A stretch of 64,000 nt of DNA from Candidatus Cloacimonadales bacterium (GCA_963662585.1 OY759729.1:1920001-1984000); one strand, 5' to 3'. Numbered from the stretch's first letter, positions 1 to 9,697 are shown. Notes: generated by a model not told the origin, from the sequence alone. Translations and numbers: made by a program.

Positions 1-937
1 CACCGATAGCTCCAGTGATATGGTCATAACCAGACGCGATATCTGTAACTAGTGGACCTAAGACATAGAAAGGTGCTTCTTTACAGATAGATTTCATAAT
101 CTTAACATTCATTTCTACTTGATCTAAAGGAATATGGCCTGGTCCTTCAACCATGACTTGAACTCCTCTTTTTCTAGCTCTTTCTACTAATTCGCCTAAT
201 ACTAAAAGCTCAGCAAATTGCCCTCTATCAGAAGCATCAAATTGGGAGCCAGGTCTCATTCCATCACCGAGTGATAGTGTTACATCATATTTAGCACAAA
301 TCTCTAAAAGACGGTCGTAATGTTCATAGAGAGGATTTTCGCATTTATGATTCTTCATCCATTGTTTGATAAGTGAACCACCACGAGAAACTATGCCTAA
401 TAATCTTTCAGAAGTTTCATAAGTAGCAACACTTTGTCTGGTGATTCCACAATGAACGGTTACGAAATCCACACCTAGCTTAGCATGATTTTCTATCTCT
501 TCAAAAAGGAGGTCAGGAGTCATATCATAGAAAGCTTTCTCTTCAGCTAATAGTCTGCTCATTACGCTATAGATGGGCACAGTACCCACCATAATAGGAG
601 AAGAATCAACTACTTGCTTGAGGATGGCAGCTAAATCTCCACCTGTTGATAAATCCATAATGCTATCTGCACCATATTTTACTGAAACATTAAGTTTTTC
701 TAATTCTTCTTCAATAACGCAATGTTTTTCTGAAGTACCGATGTTGGAATTAACCTTAGTTTTTAGTCCGTAGCCTATACCAACTGCGCTGAAGTTATGA
801 TTAATATTTTTAGGAATTACTATTCTTCCTTTGGCAACTTCTTCTCTAATGTATTCTCCATTTCTATTTTCTTTTTGGGCTACAATCTCCATTTCTGGAG
901 TGATAATGCCTTTTAAAGCTGATTCTAATTGTGTCAT
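1..937 (-). CDS. thiC: Phosphomethylpyrimidine synthase ThiC (3' end outside the window)
   Basis: Manual translation from ATG at 937 gives MTQLESALKGIITPEM...; motifs KVNSNIGTS, MDLSTGG, GTVPIY, IVSRGGS, SLGDGMRPG, VMVEGPGHIP, GPLVTDIASGYDHITGAIG. Missing from the ORF track because it has no stop in the window. Confidence 0.95.
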   Translation of the reverse strand, partial: MTQLESALKGIITPEMEIVAQKENRNGEYIREEVAKGRIVIPKNINHNFSAVGIGYGLKTKVNSNIGTSEKHCVIEEELEKLNVSVKYGADSIMDLSTGGDLAAILKQVVDSSPIMVGTVPIYSVMSRLLAEEKAFYDMTPDLLFEEIENHAKLGVDFVTVHCGITRQSVATYETSERLLGIVSRGGSLIKQWMKNHKCENPLYEHYDRLLEICAKYDVTLSLGDGMRPGSQFDASDRGQFAELLVLGELVERARKRGVQVMVEGPGHIPLDQVEMNVKIMKSICKEAPFYVLGPLVTDIASGYDHITGAIG

Positions 938-949
938 ATTTTCCTCTAG

Positions 950-1561
950 TTATATGTGTAGTTTACTGGTTATTTTCAATATTCTCTCTTCGAGATTTTC
1001 ACTATTCATAAAGTATCTGACTAAACAGATGTTCTGAGCTCCCTTATAGATAACTTCTTCCGCATTTGTTTCATCAATTCCACCGATAGCTACAACAGGT
1101 ATAGGTGAAATCTCAACAACTTGTCTGATGTTAGATAAGCCTACTGCTGGGTCTGGTTTAGCCTTAGTAGGAGTGGGGAAGATAGGTCCATAACCTATAT
1201 AATCAGGCTTCTGGGCTATTGCTATTCTAGCTTGTTCTAAAGAATGAGTGGAGAGTCCGTAAATTTTATCTTGGCCCAAGATGGACTTAGCTTCTTCTAA
1301 ACTTAAATCATCTTGTCCTAAATGAAGACCATCAGCATTCACTATTTTAGCTATATCAGCACGGTCATTGATGATAAATTTAGTAGGGCTTGCTGAAGTT
1401 ATTTTCAGAATCTCTCGACTTATAGAAATAAGCTCTCTATCAGACAGATCTTTCTCGCGAAGTTGCAGGTATTTGATATTATACTTAACTGCGATGCGAG
1501 CTATTTCTTGATAGCTGAGATGCGGTTTAGTGATTATCAGATATAAACCGAAATCAGTCAT
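950..1561 (-). CDS. thiE: Thiamine-phosphate synthase
   Basis: LQLREK, FIINDRADIA, GLHLGQDD, GLSTHS, GPIFPTPTK, VAIGGI motifs; lies in the thi operon. Confidence 0.95.
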   Translation of the reverse strand: MTDFGLYLIITKPHLSYQEIARIAVKYNIKYLQLREKDLSDRELISISREILKITSASPTKFIINDRADIAKIVNADGLHLGQDDLSLEEAKSILGQDKIYGLSTHSLEQARIAIAQKPDYIGYGPIFPTPTKAKPDPAVGLSNIRQVVEISPIPVVAIGGIDETNAEEVIYKGAQNICLVRYFMNSENLEERILKITSKLHI

Positions 1562-2334
1562 TATTTGCCTAAGCTTTCTATAATCAAGTGAGCTACTTTC
1601 TGTCCTGAGAGAAGCATTCCGCCAAAGATAGGACCCATTCTAAATGAACCACTTACACCATTAGCAGCCATTCCTGATACGAATAAACCAGGATATACTT
1701 CTTTGGTATTCACTACTGTAGCTTCCTCACCTTCTTCAACAGAGAGAGATCTTTCTCCTTGAACTTTTCCAGTTGGAGTATTAAGAGTGATATTATTCTT
1801 GTTAGCAACAGTCTTGGTTACTTCACAAGGATGACCTGTTCCATCTAAGACACATTTAGCCATAATTACTAAAGGGTCAACATGAAGTCCTTCTCTGATA
1901 ATAGTTGCCCAATTCACCACAACACCCGCTACTCTCTCTTTCTGGAAAACAACATCTTCTACTATAAAACCATTATTAATAATAGCCCCAGCTTTGGTTG
2001 CTGCATAGATTAAAGCTGAAGTAGCATGAACAGAATCGCAAGTGACACAAGTATCATCATATCTTTCATACTTGATGTTAAATTCATCTAAGATATCAGT
2101 AGCAATATTCTGTACTACTATCTGATTGAAGAGCATAGCACCGCCCCACATTCCACCACCAGGAGCAAGCTTGGATTCAAAGACTCCAACTTTCTTACCA
2201 GCTCTGGCCAAATATGTTGCTGCCACTAAACCTGAAGGTCCAGCACCAACTATCGCAACATCCAACTCTAAAATACTCTTCAACTTGTTAAAATAGGTAT
2301 CAATAATACCTCGGGAAACTGTAAGTTCCATCAT
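1561..2334 (-). CDS. thi4: Thi4-family thiazole synthase, His-type (sulfide-dependent)
   Basis: DVAIVGAGPSGL, APGGGMWGG, GLHVDP, RMGPIFGGMLLSG. The true start is probably ATG 2334/2331 after GGAGG (2336-2340), not 2508. Confidence 0.92.
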   Translation of the reverse strand: MMELTVSRGIIDTYFNKLKSILELDVAIVGAGPSGLVAATYLARAGKKVGVFESKLAPGGGMWGGAMLFNQIVVQNIATDILDEFNIKYERYDDTCVTCDSVHATSALIYAATKAGAIINNGFIVEDVVFQKERVAGVVVNWATIIREGLHVDPLVIMAKCVLDGTGHPCEVTKTVANKNNITLNTPTGKVQGERSLSVEEGEEATVVNTKEVYPGLFVSGMAANGVSGSFRMGPIFGGMLLSGQKVAHLIIESLGK

Positions 2335-2415
2335 TCCTCCAATTAATTTTGTTTTGTTTTGGAGGATAATGCCTTGTAGAAGGTCAAAAAAATGTAAGGT
2401 GTGTATAAAAAATCG

Positions 2416-2492
2416 CATCTCACTTCCTTCGCCGGCATTACCCGGATCAGGTTCTAAGGGTATAATCTCAGCCTTTCGGCACCCCTGAATCT
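2416..2492 (-). ncRNA. TPP riboswitch
   Basis: Reverse strand reads AGGGGTGCCGAAAGGCTGAGA-TTATACCCTTAGAACCTGATCCGGGTAATGCCGGCGAAGGAAG, with the canonical GCUGAGA, ACCUGAU and UAAUGC..GCGAAGG elements, in the thi4 leader. Confidence 0.95.
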
Positions 2493-2540
2493 GCATGATC
2501 TTAGCCAATAAAAAATACTAACTAAAAGTGTCAAGATTAA

Positions 2541-2702
2541 ACCCGAATGGTGCAGTAGATCTTTTAGAATAGCACTATATTCATTTGCTAAAGCATTTTA
2601 CATAATTTCTCAGAGTATATATATTATACGCTGATAAATTCTGTAAAACCTTTATCTAAAAGAATCTGCCTCTTCTGTAAAGCTCTACTGCACCATTCGG
2701 AT
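2541..2702. mobile_element. MITE / internally deleted IS (IS982-like ends)
   Basis: Terminal inverted repeats ACCCGAATGGTGCAGTAGA / ATCCGAATGGTGCAGTAGA (17 bp perfect core) around about 125 bp of non-coding DNA; the left end recurs at ~27855-27909. Confidence 0.7.
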
Positions 2703-2886
2703 TAAAGCGAATATGACGAAAAAGACTGAGCGACAAAGAGGCAAAGTAAATACTCTGCACAAGAATTAACACGAATTAAATCAAATTTCCACGAATGTAG
2801 GAGCGAAAGCTTGTAGATCGATTATTTACCACTAGAAGAAAAAAAAAAAAATAAAACTTGCCTAGATAGACTTTTAAATTAAATTG

Positions 2887-2903
2887 ACTTTGTATTTCAA
2901 AGT
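2887..2903. promoter_or_regulatory. Palindromic operator ACTTTG-N5-CAAAGT
   Basis: Perfect inverted repeat 23 bp upstream of an operon that encodes a wHTH regulator. Confidence 0.55.
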
Positions 2904-2926
2904 ACAATGTTTGATAAGGAGTCAAG

Positions 2927-3532
2927 ATGAAGAATGCAGATGAAAGTTTAAAGTTTATAAAATCCTTAGTGGAGGATAATCGTAAGTTAGCTTTAGGAAG
3001 TGGAATGCCTTCAATAATTTGGGGTATGTTTGTAATAACAGCTCTTCTACTTACCTATTGGGGAATACAGAAGCCAATGACTAATGGTTTGTATTATATG
3101 CTAGTTTGGATAATTGCTAGTGGTTTAGGTTGGATTGCCTCAACAATAGTTGAGAGGAAAAGAGAAAAGAGTAGTGTTTCGACATATTCTCAGCAAATAC
3201 TGGGAGTGATTTGGATGTGTCACGGTATAACCATGATGATTTTAGCTTTTGTGGCAACTTCTGCAGGGGTTATAAATTATTATGCAGTATCGCCAATGAT
3301 GGGTACCGTAGTTGCTTCTGCTTACTTTATTAATGGTTGGTTAAATCAATACAAGTGGTTGATGGGTATTGGAATTATTTGGTGGATTAGCTCAATAACT
3401 TTATTTTTTGTGGTTAGAATGGAAAATATTGGTGGAGCAAATACCCTTCTTTATTTTGCTGGTTTAATGTTTTTACTTCAGGTTCTTCCAGGAATTAAGT
3501 TAGAGTTGCTTTGGAGAAAGGAGAACAGATAA
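2927..3532 (+). CDS. Multi-pass membrane protein (about 6 TM)
   Basis: Repeated hydrophobic segments; AAGGAG RBS; directly abuts the regulator gene. Confidence 0.8.
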   Translation: MKNADESLKFIKSLVEDNRKLALGSGMPSIIWGMFVITALLLTYWGIQKPMTNGLYYMLVWIIASGLGWIASTIVERKREKSSVSTYSQQILGVIWMCHGITMMILAFVATSAGVINYYAVSPMMGTVVASAYFINGWLNQYKWLMGIGIIWWISSITLFFVVRMENIGGANTLLYFAGLMFLLQVLPGIKLELLWRKENR

Positions 3533-3853
3533 ATGTCTAGTGATAATGAAGCTATATTTGATTATAATGAGATAGATGATATAATTCACGCTCGCATCAG
3601 ATTAGCTATAATGACAATTCTTTTGACTAGGGGAAAGACAGATTTTGCTACCTTAAAGAAGCAGACTAAGACTTCAGATGGAAATTTAAGTACTCATTTG
3701 AGGAAGTTGGAAGATGCAGATTATATTGTGGTGGAAAAGAGTTTTATAGATAGAAAGCCAATTACTATCTATTGGGTTAGTGATAATGGCAAAAAGGCTT
3801 ATGCTAATTACATAGCAACAATAGAAAGATTAGTAAGTTCCAAGGAGGAATAA
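3533..3853 (+). CDS. Winged-helix transcriptional regulator (ArsR/MarR-like, HTH_34 type)
   Basis: IHARIRLAIMTIL...DFATLK...SDGNLSTHLRKLEDADYI. Confidence 0.9.
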   Translation: MSSDNEAIFDYNEIDDIIHARIRLAIMTILLTRGKTDFATLKKQTKTSDGNLSTHLRKLEDADYIVVEKSFIDRKPITIYWVSDNGKKAYANYIATIERLVSSKEE

Positions 3854-3855
3854 AA

Positions 3856-5400
3856 GTGAAAAAGATTAGTTTGATAATATTTATTGTTCTTCTAGCAATG
3901 AATCTATTTGGTAAGACAGCTCAAGAGTATATTGATTCTGCTTTTGCCGTGGAGAATAGTGATATTTTTGAGGCAACTGAGATAATGGAAAAGGCTGTTG
4001 AAGAACATCCTGAAAATGCAGATATTTTGAGTGTTTATGGCTTAATGCTGAGTAAGAGTGCTGGACAAGTAAGCTTCTTAAAGGCAGGAATGATTTCTTC
4101 CAAAGCCGAGAAAGCATTTAATAGAGCCTTAGAACTTGAAGCTGACCATAAAGATGCAATATTATGGCGTGGTATTTTAAGAGTTAATTTGCCCAAGTTT
4201 TTAGGAAAGTTGAATAAAGGTATAGCAGATTTAGAAAAAAGTTATTCTAGACCAGGAATTAGTAATGATGATTATTTAGTTGCATCATATTTCTTAGGTC
4301 AAGCTTATTTAAAAAAAGATAATTCCCTGCAGGCTAGGGAATACTTTAAGAATGTGGTAAGATACGGCGCAGATACTCCTTTCTACCAAGATAGTGTCCA
4401 TCAACTTAGTGAGTTAGAAGCTGAAATGCCTGAAGAAGTTAATTCAAGTGGCGATTTACAAGCACAAGCTGATAAGTATATAGAGGAAGAAGACTATATA
4501 AATGCTTATAAGATTTTAACCGAAGCTACCAAACAAGATACTACTGACATAGAACTCTATTTAAAATATCTCAATGTGATTAGAGTAGTCTCTGAAGAAG
4601 GCTATGATGAAAAGACTTATGAAGAAGTAGCTTTTATGTCTGATTTAGCTTTTAATGTTGCCTATACGCTAACAAAGATTGTTGAAATGATGCCAGATAA
4701 CGAAGATTTTCGCCTGCTAAAAGCTGAAGTTTTATCTCAATTACCTTTCTTTGTGAAATCTCTAGATGAGGCGAAAAAAGAAGCAGATTGGGTAATTTCT
4801 AATAGCACTAATTCAGAGAATATTAAGTTAGCTGAAGAGATTAAAGAGAGTATTCATGCTAGAAGTGAAAGAATGAAACTTACTGATCAATTTCTTGCTT
4901 CTGATAACAAGAAAGAGAAAGCTTCGCTAATTGCTAAAATGCAATATGATCAAACTCAAGCTAAAAAACCTGAGGGAATGCAGACTAAAGTAACTCTATC
5001 TTTGGGATTTGCTGATTATATTGCCCCTCAAACTGCTGTCTGGGTTGAAGATTCTAAAGGTAATTTTATAGCACCAATTTATGTTTCAGCATTTAGTGCT
5101 AACATAAAAGAGAAACAAGTTCATCTTCCTACTTGGGCTAAGAAATCTAAGTTTGATGATTCTATTGTTAAGATTACCGGAGCTAGCGTCGATAGTGGAA
5201 AGCATATCTTCTACTGGGATAATAAAGATATTAAAGGAAATGAACTTAGAGGAGGAGATTATTTTGTCTTTGCGGAAGTTTCACACTGGCCTCATGCTAA
5301 TTATTCACTCCAAAAAGTTAAACTCAGTTTGGGTGGGAAGAGTTATCGTCAGACTAGAGAAGGAGATTTTCTTATCACTGAAATCAAGGTTGAATATTAA
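3856..5400 (+). CDS. Secreted TPR protein with C-terminal DUF2271 domain
   Basis: Signal peptide, TPR-like helices, then PQTAVWVEDSKGNFI...LPTW...ITGAS...WD. Confidence 0.7.
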   Translation: MKKISLIIFIVLLAMNLFGKTAQEYIDSAFAVENSDIFEATEIMEKAVEEHPENADILSVYGLMLSKSAGQVSFLKAGMISSKAEKAFNRALELEADHKDAILWRGILRVNLPKFLGKLNKGIADLEKSYSRPGISNDDYLVASYFLGQAYLKKDNSLQAREYFKNVVRYGADTPFYQDSVHQLSELEAEMPEEVNSSGDLQAQADKYIEEEDYINAYKILTEATKQDTTDIELYLKYLNVIRVVSEEGYDEKTYEEVAFMSDLAFNVAYTLTKIVEMMPDNEDFRLLKAEVLSQLPFFVKSLDEAKKEADWVISNSTNSENIKLAEEIKESIHARSERMKLTDQFLASDNKKEKASLIAKMQYDQTQAKKPEGMQTKVTLSLGFADYIAPQTAVWVEDSKGNFIAPIYVSAFSANIKEKQVHLPTWAKKSKFDDSIVKITGASVDSGKHIFYWDNKDIKGNELRGGDYFVFAEVSHWPHANYSLQKVKLSLGGKSYRQTREGDFLITEIKVEY

Positions 5401-5932
5401 AGCCAAATAATAACAAGAACCCTTTTCTTTCTCTAGTTCAATGGACACCTTTTTCTCTTAGCTCGCTTCTTTACTGTAATCACGAAAACGCATCAAATAA
5501 TGTATGAGATTAGAGTGAAGGAGCAGAAAGTGGGCCAAGGAATAGGGGGAAATGAAGAGAAAAATGGGTAATAAGGGAGAGGAAGAATTTGTTTTCTTAG
5601 TTCAGAAATTCAAATTCTTCCTATGGTACTTGAGTATTCGTATAAAAACAAATACACCAAACAGCTGATGAAAGTTTTCTACAGACCCTATATGGGAGAA
5701 CATTTCATACTAATACTATTTCTGCATTTAATAAATTATGTATTGCCTTCTCTAATTTACATACAACCATGATGAAATTACCTTCTTGCACACCAGAGAA
5801 ACACCTCCTTAAGTATGCTGGCTACAGACCTCTGCCCTTGTCATCATATACTCCCCGTCCTCATGAATAGACAGGGAGTGATTGGAGTTTAACTAAAGTA
5901 TTACTAGTGTCTTAATAATACTTAAAATCTAT

Positions 5933-6280
5933 TTAATCATGGACAGCAAGTAGTAGCTCATCTGTATTATAAGGCTTATGAATTATATGACCGCCCTGGT
6001 CATATACTCTTGAAGAAATATCTTCATCAGTAATTGCCTGAATAACTATACTCTTTCTTAGCTGATTATGGGTCTCTAGATAACTACAAAATAATCTATT
6101 CTTATCACTTCTATAGTCATAATCCACAATTACTTTGCAGTAATCATTCTCTTCAGCTAACCTTGTGCAAAGAGAAAGATCTAGCGGGGCATCTACTAGA
6201 TAACCCGAATCAGTAAAGAGCATGGTTAATAAAAACCTATGATCATCATTTGTTGTCGCTATTAATATTCTGTTTTTCAT
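5933..6280 (-). CDS. Atypical single-domain response regulator (receiver-like)
   Basis: RILIA..., VIVD, KPY..ELL receiver pattern; the N-terminal acidic pair is replaced by TT. Confidence 0.6.
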   Translation of the reverse strand: MKNRILIATTNDDHRFLLTMLFTDSGYLVDAPLDLSLCTRLAEENDYCKVIVDYDYRSDKNRLFCSYLETHNQLRKSIVIQAITDEDISSRVYDQGGHIIHKPYNTDELLLAVHD

Positions 6281-6566
6281 ACGGATATATATTACATTTG
6301 CTATTCCAAAGTTTCAATTTTGAATATTAAACTTTCTATCTATAAGGGATTAAATAAGTTATCTATATCTGCAGTAATTCCCCTTCTCTTGGATATTTGC
6401 ATAGTGTAACGAAAGAGTAACACTATACTGCCTAGAAATAGTAACAAGGAAACACTAGCTTGCAGTGCTGAGTTTTAGAATTATTATAGACAAAAAATAT
6501 CTATTTTCTAATCTGGTTAAACCCAAATAAGGCACCATCTGGGTTAAAAAGAATAATGAGGAAATT

Positions 6567-7487
6567 ATGAAAATATTAGTAAATGATGAATTAGCTTTAC
6601 AAAAGTTACCTGAAGCAAAAGCAACTTTCTATTTTACAGATGGGAAAAGTGTAATATTTGCGGGTTTAACAAGCAATTTATTTGCCCGTATTAATAGACT
6701 GTTTGAGCAGAGGAATGATGATGATAAGGTAAAGGAATTATGGGATAAAGCAGAGGATTTAGTTTTTGATATTCGTCTGAGCGATATGGATAGTCTTGTC
6801 TGGTATAAAAGTTTGTTAAAATCATTTACTCCTTACTTAAATGACTACATAAATCTTTGGGAAAATTATTCTTATCTGGCAATAGACTGGGTCAATGCTC
6901 CTTATCTTAGTGTAAAAGAAAATACTCAATCTGACTTACTCTATATAGGACCTTTTAGAAGTAGATTCTTCCTTAATGATGTGTTTGCAGTATTCAATAA
7001 ATATCTTAAGCTTCCTATGTGTGGAGATAATCCGACTATTTGTGACTTGAAAAACAGTGAAAAGTGTCTTTCAACTTGTACAAATCAAGATTTGCTTACT
7101 CTTGAAGATCTCATTAAAAAATATTATTTATCTGCTAATAACGATCTTGCTGACCGCTTATTGAATAAATATCAGGAATTCCATAATAATCTTGAGTTTA
7201 TAAAAGCTGAAGAAGTGAAAATTGAGACTAAATTCATTTTAAAATATTATAAATTCCTGAACTTCCTAGATAAAACCAAGAGTTTAAATAAGACATTTAT
7301 AATAGAAAATAGAGTATATTCAGTAGAAGATGGTCTCTTAGCAGAAGTATCTGGTAAGGATAGCATGGATTTCAGAGATATGAATAGAAAGGTTCCTTAT
7401 CGTGATAATGAATTATTAGCGGTAAATAAGAACCAATTAGATGAAAGATGGATTGTGTTTAATTTCATGGAGAATAATTTGTCTTAA
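6567..7487 (+). CDS. Degenerate UvrC/Cho-like protein (GIY-YIG-like domain + Cys cluster + UVR)
   Basis: LPEAKATFYF...VIFAGLTSNLFARI, YIGPF, C-x6-C-x7-C-x3-C cluster, LEFIKAEEVK; lacks RNase H and HhH domains. Confidence 0.65.
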   Translation: MKILVNDELALQKLPEAKATFYFTDGKSVIFAGLTSNLFARINRLFEQRNDDDKVKELWDKAEDLVFDIRLSDMDSLVWYKSLLKSFTPYLNDYINLWENYSYLAIDWVNAPYLSVKENTQSDLLYIGPFRSRFFLNDVFAVFNKYLKLPMCGDNPTICDLKNSEKCLSTCTNQDLLTLEDLIKKYYLSANNDLADRLLNKYQEFHNNLEFIKAEEVKIETKFILKYYKFLNFLDKTKSLNKTFIIENRVYSVEDGLLAEVSGKDSMDFRDMNRKVPYRDNELLAVNKNQLDERWIVFNFMENNLS

Positions 7488-7674
7488 TTTTGCCTTTGCT
7501 TAGTAGTAAATAGAGCTAAAAGCTCATTTTATCAGAGTTTTTAGGGATATTGGAAGGATTAAGGAAATCCCTATTTAGTGGTTGAAAAGGATAGAAAGTA
7601 GAGTTATTAATTAATGTTATTGACAGTTTAGAGGGTCTCAGCCAAATTGCAAAAAAGTGAATATGGGAGTAAAT

Positions 7675-8571
7675 ATGCCTAAGATGGAAGAGTTAAGTAT
7701 AGTTAAAAATCATTATAGTGGTAAAGTTAGAGATATTTATGATCTTGGAGATAAGCTATTAATTGTCACAAGTGATCGTATTTCAGCCTTTGATGTAGTA
7801 TTTCCTAATGTAATTCCTAATAAAGGGAAGATTCTTAATCAGATTTCAGCCCATTTTTTTAAAGAGACCAAATCAATTATTGATAACCATTTTATCACAG
7901 ACAATCTTGATGAATATCCTGAGGAATTTCAGGCTTTCCGTAGCGAATTAGAAGATAGGAGTATGTTAGTTAAAAAAACTAAAGTAGTTCCTTTTGAATG
8001 TATAGTTCGTGGCTATATTACTGGTTCAGCTTGGAGTGAATATAAGATTGGTGGTACTGTTGGAAACACTCTTTTACCTGAGAATTTAAAAGAGAGTCAA
8101 AGATTCCCTGAACCTATCTTTACCCCTTCTACTAAAGCAGAAGAGGGTCATGATGAAAATATTAGTTATATGGAAATGTTAGCAAGGTGTGACAAGTTTA
8201 TCGCTGAAGAGTTAAAAACTAAATCTTTAGAGTTATATAAATATGCACATGAGTTAATGTGGGAAAAAGGAATAATCTTAGCTGATACAAAATTCGAATT
8301 TGGTGTTATAGATAATAAAATACTATTAATAGATGAAATGCTCACCCCTGATTCATCTCGTTATTGGGATATTGATGATCATGTAGTGGGAAAAACACCA
8401 AAGAGTTATGATAAACAATTTGTCAGAGATTATATTTCTGCAACAGGCTGGGATAAAAACCCACCTGCTCCTGAGCTTCCCCAAGAAGTTATCGAAAAAA
8501 GTTATGCTAAATATTATGAAGCATACAGAATTATTGTAGGAGATAAGGCAAAGGTATGGGATACAAAATAG
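7675..8571 (+). CDS. purC: SAICAR synthase
   Basis: SGKVRDIY, SDRISAFD, ECIVRGY, FTPSTKA, ADTKFEFG, DEMLTPDSSRYW, DKQFVRD; start taken at ATG 7675 after GGAG. Confidence 0.97.
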   Translation: MPKMEELSIVKNHYSGKVRDIYDLGDKLLIVTSDRISAFDVVFPNVIPNKGKILNQISAHFFKETKSIIDNHFITDNLDEYPEEFQAFRSELEDRSMLVKKTKVVPFECIVRGYITGSAWSEYKIGGTVGNTLLPENLKESQRFPEPIFTPSTKAEEGHDENISYMEMLARCDKFIAEELKTKSLELYKYAHELMWEKGIILADTKFEFGVIDNKILLIDEMLTPDSSRYWDIDDHVVGKTPKSYDKQFVRDYISATGWDKNPPAPELPQEVIEKSYAKYYEAYRIIVGDKAKVWDTK

Positions 8572-8930
8572 TAATTGTTGACGATGAACCCGAAATAACA
8601 GAAAATTTAAAAGATGATATAAATGATTTAACAGATGAATTTGATATAAAATGTTTCAACTATGGCTATGATGCCTTGAATGAGGTATTTCACGGTGATG
8701 TTGATTTAGTAATAAGTGATATCGCAATGCCTGATATGGATGGATATGAACTTTATAATCGCATTAAAGATTATAACAAAGATCTACCATTAATTATGAT
8801 GACAGGTTTTGGTTATGACCCTAATCATGTTTTAGTGAATATCAAAAAGTTTGGTAGAATAGAAGTTTTATTGAAACCATTTGATGTTGAAAAACTGTTA
8901 GTTAAAATGAGAATGTACTTAAAAAAATGA
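8556..8930 (+). CDS. Single-domain response regulator (CheY-like)
   Basis: IVIVDDE, DLVISDIAMPDMDG, MMTG, KPF. Confidence 0.92.
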   Translation: MGYKIVIVDDEPEITENLKDDINDLTDEFDIKCFNYGYDALNEVFHGDVDLVISDIAMPDMDGYELYNRIKDYNKDLPLIMMTGFGYDPNHVLVNIKKFGRIEVLLKPFDVEKLLVKMRMYLKK

Positions 8931-9697
8931 AAGAATTTGATAAATTAAAAGAAGTAGTTTCAACCCTAAGGCATCCCGAAAAGGGGTGCCCTTGGGATTT
9001 AAAGCAGACAAGTAAGACTCTTATTAGTGGAATGATTGAAGAAGTTTATGAAGTAGCTGAAGCAGTTGCTTTAGAAGATGAAAAGGGGCTTAGAGAGGAA
9101 CTTGGTGATTGTTTGCTTCATATTATGCTTCAAGCTCAATTAGCCTCAGAAGAGGGTAAATTTGGGGTTGAGGAAGTACTTACTGGTATTACTGATAAAC
9201 TTATCCGACGCCATCCACACATTTTTGGTGATGATATAATGACTGATGCTAGTGAAGTGAAAATGAAGTGGGAGCAGATTAAGTTAGCTGAAAAGAAGGA
9301 AAGAAAATCTGTTCTTGATGGAATTCCTGAAGCAATGCCTGGCTTATTGCAAGGGCAAAGGATGCAGGAAAAAGCAGCTTCTGTTGGCTTTGATTGGGAT
9401 GATATAGACCCTGTATTTGCTAAAATTCAGGAAGAGATAGAAGAAGTCAAAGCAGAAATAGAAAGCAATGACAGGGAAAAGTTAGAGTCTGAAGTAGGCG
9501 ACTTATTCTTCTCTGTAATAAACTTAGCAAGAAAACTCAAGATTGATTCAGAATCAGCAATAAAAACTGCAAATCGTAAATTTAGCCGAAGATTTAGAGC
9601 ATTAGAAGCTGAATTAACAAAAACAGGGACAAAGATCAATGAAAAAAGTTTGGAAGAACTCGATAAAATCTGGGATATTGTCAAAAAAACTGAATAG
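8927..9697 (+). CDS. mazG: Nucleoside triphosphate pyrophosphohydrolase MazG
   Basis: GCPWDLKQT, EEVYE, EELGD, KLIRRHPHIF, second domain EEIEE/EVGD, GFDW. Confidence 0.95.
   Translation: MKEFDKLKEVVSTLRHPEKGCPWDLKQTSKTLISGMIEEVYEVAEAVALEDEKGLREELGDCLLHIMLQAQLASEEGKFGVEEVLTGITDKLIRRHPHIFGDDIMTDASEVKMKWEQIKLAEKKERKSVLDGIPEAMPGLLQGQRMQEKAASVGFDWDDIDPVFAKIQEEIEEVKAEIESNDREKLESEVGDLFFSVINLARKLKIDSESAIKTANRKFSRRFRALEAELTKTGTKINEKSLEELDKIWDIVKKTE

Noticed and set aside
573..1037. Short plus-strand ORFs (573-773, 831-1037) and similar 60-110 aa ORFs nested in long genes throughout the window
   Set aside because: Antisense or off-frame shadows of well-supported genes, with no recognisable motifs
2335..2508. 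N-terminal extension of Thi4 in the ORF track
   Set aside because: It runs through the TPP riboswitch; the SD supports a start at 2334/2331
2755..2797. Short CACGAAT-type iterations (and CACAGAG-type at ~41615-41655)
   Set aside because: Only 2-3 degenerate copies; too weak to call a repeat family or binding site
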